From: Acidimicrobiales bacterium
Lineage (GTDB): Bacteria > Actinomycetota > Acidimicrobiia > Acidimicrobiales > CAIXPF01
Assembly (NCBI GenBank): GCA_046155365.1
Contig: JBJXFH010000068.1
Span: forward strand, 8,921 to 72,920
Direction: 5' to 3'
DNA: 64,000 nucleotides
Below, one piece after another: positions 58,020 through 64,000 of this stretch; the stretch's first letter is position 1; each line of letters opens with the position of its first letter. The translations under genes were made by a program, and so were the position numbers. The notes under the pieces are model-generated. The model worked only from the letters and a program-made list of their open reading frames with translations, was not told where the DNA came from and did no database searches.

Positions 58020-58478
58020 TCACTTGCCCTGCGCTGCGGCCAGCACTGCCTTGACGATGTTGTGGTAACCGGTGCAACGGCACAGGTTGCCCTCAAGCCC
58101 CTCGCGCACCTGCGCTTCGGTGGGGTTGGGGATCTCCTCGAGCAAGGACACCGAGGCCATGATCATGCCCGGAGTGCAGTAGCCGCACTGCAGAGCGTGG
58201 TTCTCATGGAACGCCTGCTGCATGGGGTGCATCTCCTCCCCGTTGGCCAAGCCCTCGATGGTTTTTACCTGCTGGCCATCGGCCTGGACGGCGAGCACCG
58301 TGCAGGACTTGGCCGACTCACCATTGAGGTGGATGGTGCACGCCCCGCATGAGGAGGTGTCACAGCCCACGTTGGTGCCGGTCAGGCCACAATTCTCACG
58401 GAGGTAATGGACGAGCAGCAGCCGTGGTTCGACGTCGTGGTTGTACGTCGTCCCATTGACCTCGACGGTGACCTTCAC
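58020..58478 (-). CDS. coxS: Xanthine/CO dehydrogenase family 2Fe-2S small subunit
   Basis: [30 protein letters not shown]. Confidence 0.95.
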   Translation of the reverse strand: MKVTVEVNGTTYNHDVEPRLLLVHYLRENCGLTGTNVGCDTSSCGACTIHLNGESAKSCTVLAVQADGQQVKTIEGLANGEEMHPMQQAFHENHALQCGYCTPGMIMASVSLLEEIPNPTEAQVREGLEGNLCRCTGYHNIVKAVLAAAQGK

Positions 58479-58701
58479 GCGGGTCTCCTACTTGAGTTCC
58501 GACAAGCGCCGGGAGTAACGGCGCCCGATGTTTCTGATACCGGCTCCACGGCCGGCCCGGGTGGGCCCGGTGGACGGCGAGACCTTAGCGGAGTGTCGAC
58601 CGTCTGTCAGAGGCTCATCGGTGACAGCAGCGCGGCCCCCGCAGCCGGCACCCGGGGGTGCATGTGCGTACGGACCGCTCCAGCAGGCAAACTCGCAGGC
58701 C

Positions 58702-59115
58702 ATGCCGATCGACGCGTCAGCCAGGGCCCGGCTGTTGGTGCAGGAGTTGCTGCACCCCCACGAGATGGACCGTTTCATCGCCGCCTGCCTGCCCACCCAA
58801 CAGGCCGAGCTGCCCGGGTTGCGGCTGCGCACCCAGGCGTATCTGGCGTGGGCCCGTAACGCCGCGAAGGCCAACCCGGCCCTGGATCTGGACATGGCCA
58901 CGCGCATCGCGACCACCTTGAGCAGCGTGCTGGACGAGCCCGACCAGTACGGCGAGGAGGATCGGGCGTTGCTGCGGGGGGCGGTGGACTACTTCGTGAA
59001 CTCCGAAGACGACGCCAACGACCTGACCAACGCCGTCGGTTTCGACGACGACGCCCGGGTGCTCAACGCCGTGCTCGAGGCGCTCGGCCGCCGCGACCTG
59101 CTCATCGGGACCTGA
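58702..59115 (+). CDS. Hypothetical protein, YkvA/DUF1232-like acidic motif
   Basis: AVDYFV..ED..D..GFDDDA.V; SD-like CAGG before ATG 58702. Confidence 0.6.
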   Translation: MPIDASARARLLVQELLHPHEMDRFIAACLPTQQAELPGLRLRTQAYLAWARNAAKANPALDLDMATRIATTLSSVLDEPDQYGEEDRALLRGAVDYFVNSEDDANDLTNAVGFDDDARVLNAVLEALGRRDLLIGT

Positions 59116-59146
59116 CCACCACGGGCGCCGCCGGGCAGGGTCAGGA

Positions 59147-59485
59147 TCAACTGTCGCTGAGGACGAACGGCCAGCCCTCGGGCAGGCGAACGTCACCGAT
59201 CTCCGGGGTCACCAGCTGGTAGGACTCCCAGCCGGGGGGCACGTAGCCGTAGTGCTCCCGTGACAGCACCGCGATCTGATCGGGGTCGGACAGGCGGCGC
59301 AGGTGCACATCCATGCGTCCCAGCTCTGCTTCGAGGCGCACCAGGCGGGCCTCGGCCTCAGTCCGGACCTGCCGTTGCTCCACGATGGCCCGCGCCGGGA
59401 ACGAGCTGATCAGGACCGATCCGCTGACCACCAGGGTCACCGCGGCAGCGGCCACCGCCCGACGTCGCAGCAGCGGGGTGTTCAC
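59147..59485 (-). CDS. Septum formation initiator (FtsB/DivIC family)
   Basis: TM plus coiled coil plus LSDPDQI..RE.YGYV.PG; directly after eno. Confidence 0.85.
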   Translation of the reverse strand: MNTPLLRRRAVAAAAVTLVVSGSVLISSFPARAIVEQRQVRTEAEARLVRLEAELGRMDVHLRRLSDPDQIAVLSREHYGYVPPGWESYQLVTPEIGDVRLPEGWPFVLSDS

Positions 59486-59497
59486 GGCGGCGCGACC

Positions 59498-60796
<1,299 letters not shown>

Positions 60797-60899
60797 TCAG
60801 ATCGGGACACGATAGTGCTCCCACCCACCCCCACCGTGCACCCAGGGACATTATCCGACCACTCGCCGCGAGATTTTCTTGCCGTCGTGCGGCGTGGGG

Positions 60900-62141
60900 C
60901 TAGCCGCCGGGGTGGCTGGCGATGATCCGACGGGCGGCGGCCAACAGTGCGACCTCGGCCCGCTCCAGCCCGGCCAGTTCTGGGCCCAGGTCCACGTCAA
61001 GGCCCGCTTTGGCGGCACGATGCAGCAGCTTCTCGGCGAACAGGCGGGGCGGGAAGGCGTCGGGGATGCCAGCGAAGGGTCCGGTTCGGCCGCTGCGGCG
61101 CCGCTCGTCGGCCTTGATCTGATCCCAGTTGGTCACCACCTCGGCCGCACCACTGACGGCGACGTCGGCGAACACGTGGGGATGGCGCCGCACCAGCTTG
61201 TCAGTGATCACCCGGGCCACGTCGGCCAGGCTGAACCAACCCTGCTCCTCGGCCAGGGTGGCGTGGATCAGCACCTGGAACAGCAGATCACCCAGCTCTT
61301 CCTCCAGCTCATCCACCCCGGTGGGTTCCTCGAGGCGGTTAATGGCCTCGATGACCTCGTAGGCCTCTTCCACCGCATAGGGGCGCAGGCTCTGATGGGT
61401 TTGCACCGAATCCCAGGGGCAGCGTTGGCGGAGGGTCCGGGTGATGTCGGCCAGCGCCAGCAGCTCCGAACCCACCGGGGCCGCCAGCCGGGGGATCCAC
61501 AGCGAGGTCAGGTGGTCCGCGCTCACCTCGCGGTCCAGCTCGTCCCAGGGCACGTCGAAGATGGCCTCGTCAGCCAGGCCCAGTCGTTGCAGCACGGTCA
61601 CCGGCGCCGTGGGTGCGGTGTCCACCGCCAGCTTGATATCGGAGAGCACGTCACGCTGATCGCATTGACCCACCAGCAGCGGCCCTCGTTCCCCGGCGGC
61701 CTCGATGGCGAACCGGTGCCCGTCAACCAGGCGGGCCCCCACGGCGAATGGGTCCACCCCCAGGCGGTTCCAGGCCAGGTCCAAGAACGACAACGATGGC
61801 TGGACCACCAACTCGATCTCGGCTCGTTCACGCAGCAGCTCCACCGTGCGTTCGGCCACCAGCGGCGAGCCGGGCACGGCGTACAGCACCGAGCCGTGCT
61901 CCGCAGCCAGCCCCACCAGTTGTTCGACGATGGCGCGGTACACGTCCGGCAGCGTCTCGGCCTGCTCGTAGACCGAATCGAAGCTGTGATGTTCACCCAG
62001 GGCGGCAATGGCGGGGTGACGGGCGGTGCGGGCCCACCGTTGCTCGGGTCGGTGCGCAGCGATGATCCGGGCCGCGCCGACGCTGAGCAGTTCCACCCCC
62101 GCCGGACCAAGGCCGATGACCTCGACCCGGGGCCGGCTCAT
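60900..62141 (-). CDS. mazG: Tetrapyrrole-methylase-like/MazG fusion (YabN-like)
   Basis: VIGLGP, YAVPGSPLVAE, CPWD..QTH, EEAYE, EELGDLL, KLVRRHPHVF. Confidence 0.88.
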   Translation of the reverse strand: MSRPRVEVIGLGPAGVELLSVGAARIIAAHRPEQRWARTARHPAIAALGEHHSFDSVYEQAETLPDVYRAIVEQLVGLAAEHGSVLYAVPGSPLVAERTVELLRERAEIELVVQPSLSFLDLAWNRLGVDPFAVGARLVDGHRFAIEAAGERGPLLVGQCDQRDVLSDIKLAVDTAPTAPVTVLQRLGLADEAIFDVPWDELDREVSADHLTSLWIPRLAAPVGSELLALADITRTLRQRCPWDSVQTHQSLRPYAVEEAYEVIEAINRLEEPTGVDELEEELGDLLFQVLIHATLAEEQGWFSLADVARVITDKLVRRHPHVFADVAVSGAAEVVTNWDQIKADERRRSGRTGPFAGIPDAFPPRLFAEKLLHRAAKAGLDVDLGPELAGLERAEVALLAAARRIIASHPGG

Positions 62142-63277
62142 TTTCCGGGGCTGCCGGGGCTGCCGGTGCTACCGGTGCTGCCGGCGCTACTTAGCGGCAG
62201 CGTGCTGGCGGACACTCCCACCGGCGTGACCTGACCGGTGGTGGAGTCCCAGGTGCCGAAGCGGGCGTCCACGGTGATGTCGGTGGCGGACAGCTTTTCG
62301 CCCAGCCAGGCGCCGAGGGCGGCGAAGGGGTCAGGGGCCAGGTCCTGGGCCACGTCATCATGGGCAACGTCGAAGGCCCGGGGACCGCGACGCTCCACCT
62401 GGATGAGGTGGTAGCCGAACTCGGTCTTGATCGGCCCTTGGAGCTGCCCCACGGGGCCGTCCCACACGGCTTTTTCGAACGCTTCCACGAACATCCCCCG
62501 GCTTTGGCATCCGAGGCTGCCGCCTTGCGCCGCCGAGCCGGGATCGGCCGATTTGGCGGTGGCCAGCGCCGCGAAGTCAGCCCCGGCGCGCAGTTGGGCC
62601 GCCAGGTCGATGGCCTCCGCTTCGGTCTTCACCAGCACGTGGCCGGCGCAAGCCTCGTCGTACACCGAGGGATCAGCGTCATAGCGGGCCTTGATGTCGG
62701 CCTCGCTGGGGCGACCGGCCAGGGCCTCGTCCAAGGTGACGTAGTTGGCGTAGCGATCCGCCAGCGCGTCCCGGAACGCGGCCTGGGAGTCCAAGGTGGC
62801 GTTGAAGGTGGCCTTGATCTGGGTGGCGGCCACGTTGCGGGCACCGTCGGTCACCGTCAGACCCCGGGCCTTGACCTCGGCCAGGATCACCGAGGCGGAG
62901 ATCTCCGTGGACAACACGCTGGCCACGATGTTCGCCTTGGGCTGATCGGAGCCGTCCTGATCCAGCGAGGTCTCCCCGAATGCCGCTTGCAGGGCTGCCG
63001 GCGAGGCCCGGAAGGCGTCCAGCGCCTCCTCGATGGTGGCCGCAGGGATGGTCTCAGTCCCCACCGTGGCCGCTTGACCGCTGAACTCGAAGGTCACCGC
63101 GTCCCCGGTACCCACCGTTGCCTGGTCGGGGCCTTCGTCAGATCCGCCGCACGCGGTGAGGCCCGCCAACAGCGCCAGCGGGACCAGCGGGGCCAGAAGC
63201 GTGCTGACCAGCGCCATCCTCCGCGAAGCGGGACGGGAACCCGACCAGCGTGATCGGGTTGCGTGGCGGACGATCAC
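62138..63277 (-). CDS. PrsA-like parvulin peptidyl-prolyl isomerase lipoprotein
   Basis: Lipobox LTAC, HVLV, GADFAALA..S.DPGSA..GG.LG, FVEAFE, GPIKTEFGYHLI. Confidence 0.88.
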   Translation of the reverse strand: MIVRHATRSRWSGSRPASRRMALVSTLLAPLVPLALLAGLTACGGSDEGPDQATVGTGDAVTFEFSGQAATVGTETIPAATIEEALDAFRASPAALQAAFGETSLDQDGSDQPKANIVASVLSTEISASVILAEVKARGLTVTDGARNVAATQIKATFNATLDSQAAFRDALADRYANYVTLDEALAGRPSEADIKARYDADPSVYDEACAGHVLVKTEAEAIDLAAQLRAGADFAALATAKSADPGSAAQGGSLGCQSRGMFVEAFEKAVWDGPVGQLQGPIKTEFGYHLIQVERRGPRAFDVAHDDVAQDLAPDPFAALGAWLGEKLSATDITVDARFGTWDSTTGQVTPVGVSASTLPLSSAGSTGSTGSPGSPGK

Positions 63278-64000
63278 GGTTGGGGGTCCGTTTCTGGGTC
63301 GGTAACGGCGTCCCCGGTGGGAAGACCGGGCAGGATGACCTGCACGTTTACGCTGTCCCAGGTGCCGTAGCGAGGGTCGATGGTGACCGTGCCGCCCCCC
63401 AACACCCGGGTGACGATCTCCGCCTGCTGCTGATCATCGAGACCTTCAAGCAGCGCCGCGCCGTGCACCTCGAAAATGGCTCGGCGTTCAAGCAGACCCA
63501 GGGTGGCAGGGTCAGCATCGTTGACGAGTTGCGCCGCGGGCGCGGCAGGCGCGGTGGGGTCCGCGGCGGGATCGGTGGGGGCGGATCCCAGCAGCGCCGC
63601 CAGACGGTCATAGGCCGCCTTCCTGGCGGTCTCGAAGGTTTGGTCGTCGGGGCGGCTGGAGCTGGCGTTGCCGGCGTCGATGACCAGCTGCTCGATGATG
63701 CGGTAGGTCAGCAGGACCGCTGTGACCTGGGAAGGGACCACGCCGTCACTGAGCTCGGGACCGCCGATGGCCCCGGGACCGCCCACCAGCCCATCAGCCA
63801 ACGCCGGATTGTCCCGCAGCACCCGCAGGTCCGCCTGCAGGTCCTCGGCGCTGATCTCGTGACCGTTGACGGTGACCGCCGCGGGGCGCCAACGGCAGGC
63901 GCTGAGACCGGCGCTGGCCACCAGCACGACCAGCAGGCCCAGCAACGGCGCCAGGGCGCGACGGGAGGCGGGGACCGCGGTGCCGCTGGCGGTGGTTCCG
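63274..64000 (-). CDS. SurA N-terminal-like lipoprotein (start may lie beyond the window)
   Basis: LSAC..AVTVNG.EIS; C-terminal V.IDPRYGTWD shared with the adjacent PrsA-like protein. Confidence 0.7.
   Translation of the reverse strand, partial: GTTASGTAVPASRRALAPLLGLLVVLVASAGLSACRWRPAAVTVNGHEISAEDLQADLRVLRDNPALADGLVGGPGAIGGPELSDGVVPSQVTAVLLTYRIIEQLVIDAGNASSSRPDDQTFETARKAAYDRLAALLGSAPTDPAADPTAPAAPAAQLVNDADPATLGLLERRAIFEVHGAALLEGLDDQQQAEIVTRVLGGGTVTIDPRYGTWDSVNVQVILPGLPTGDAVTDPETDPQP

Noticed and set aside
57191-58478. Calling a true aerobic CO dehydrogenase
   Set aside because: The diagnostic large subunit is absent from the window.
62145-62185. 9-bp tandem repeats at the end of the PrsA-like gene
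   Set aside because: In-frame GST/GSP low-complexity tail; no frameshift potential.

Overview
High-GC actinobacterial chromosome segment; gene content and order suggest an Acidimicrobiia-like organism, which is inference. (1) 1-13.6 kb is a decaying accessory region at the 3' side of a tRNA-Leu(TAA). It holds four paralogous class III cyclase/STAND-ATPase/TPR genes or fragments, one split in its Walker A by an IS630 element. It also holds an orphan RHS fragment with a URI/GIY-YIG-like toxin and Imm26-like immunity gene, broken SDR and SnoaL genes, and a candidate small toxin-antitoxin pair. (2) 14-23 kb has a PD-(D/E)XK nuclease, an intact ISKra4-type element sitting on the nadC stop codon, nadABC with NrtR and a tandem operator, and an enoyl-CoA hydratase. 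(3) 23-37 kb is a Tad/Flp pilus locus with two TadE and two TadG-like proteins, a GT87-like glycosyltransferase, three Flp pilins and an atypical Asp-less NarL-type regulator. Three genes of this locus share a sigma28/WhiG-like promoter geometry with leaderless starts. (4) 37-64 kb has the eno-divIC-DUF501-ppx housekeeping neighbourhood, split by about 18.5 kb. That block carries cox-like molybdoenzyme genes without a large subunit, a highly divergent sarcosine-oxidase-like trio with a beta-delta fusion, a four-gene conservon and a REP-like repeat cluster. All protein calls come from motif recognition by eye; no database searches were run.
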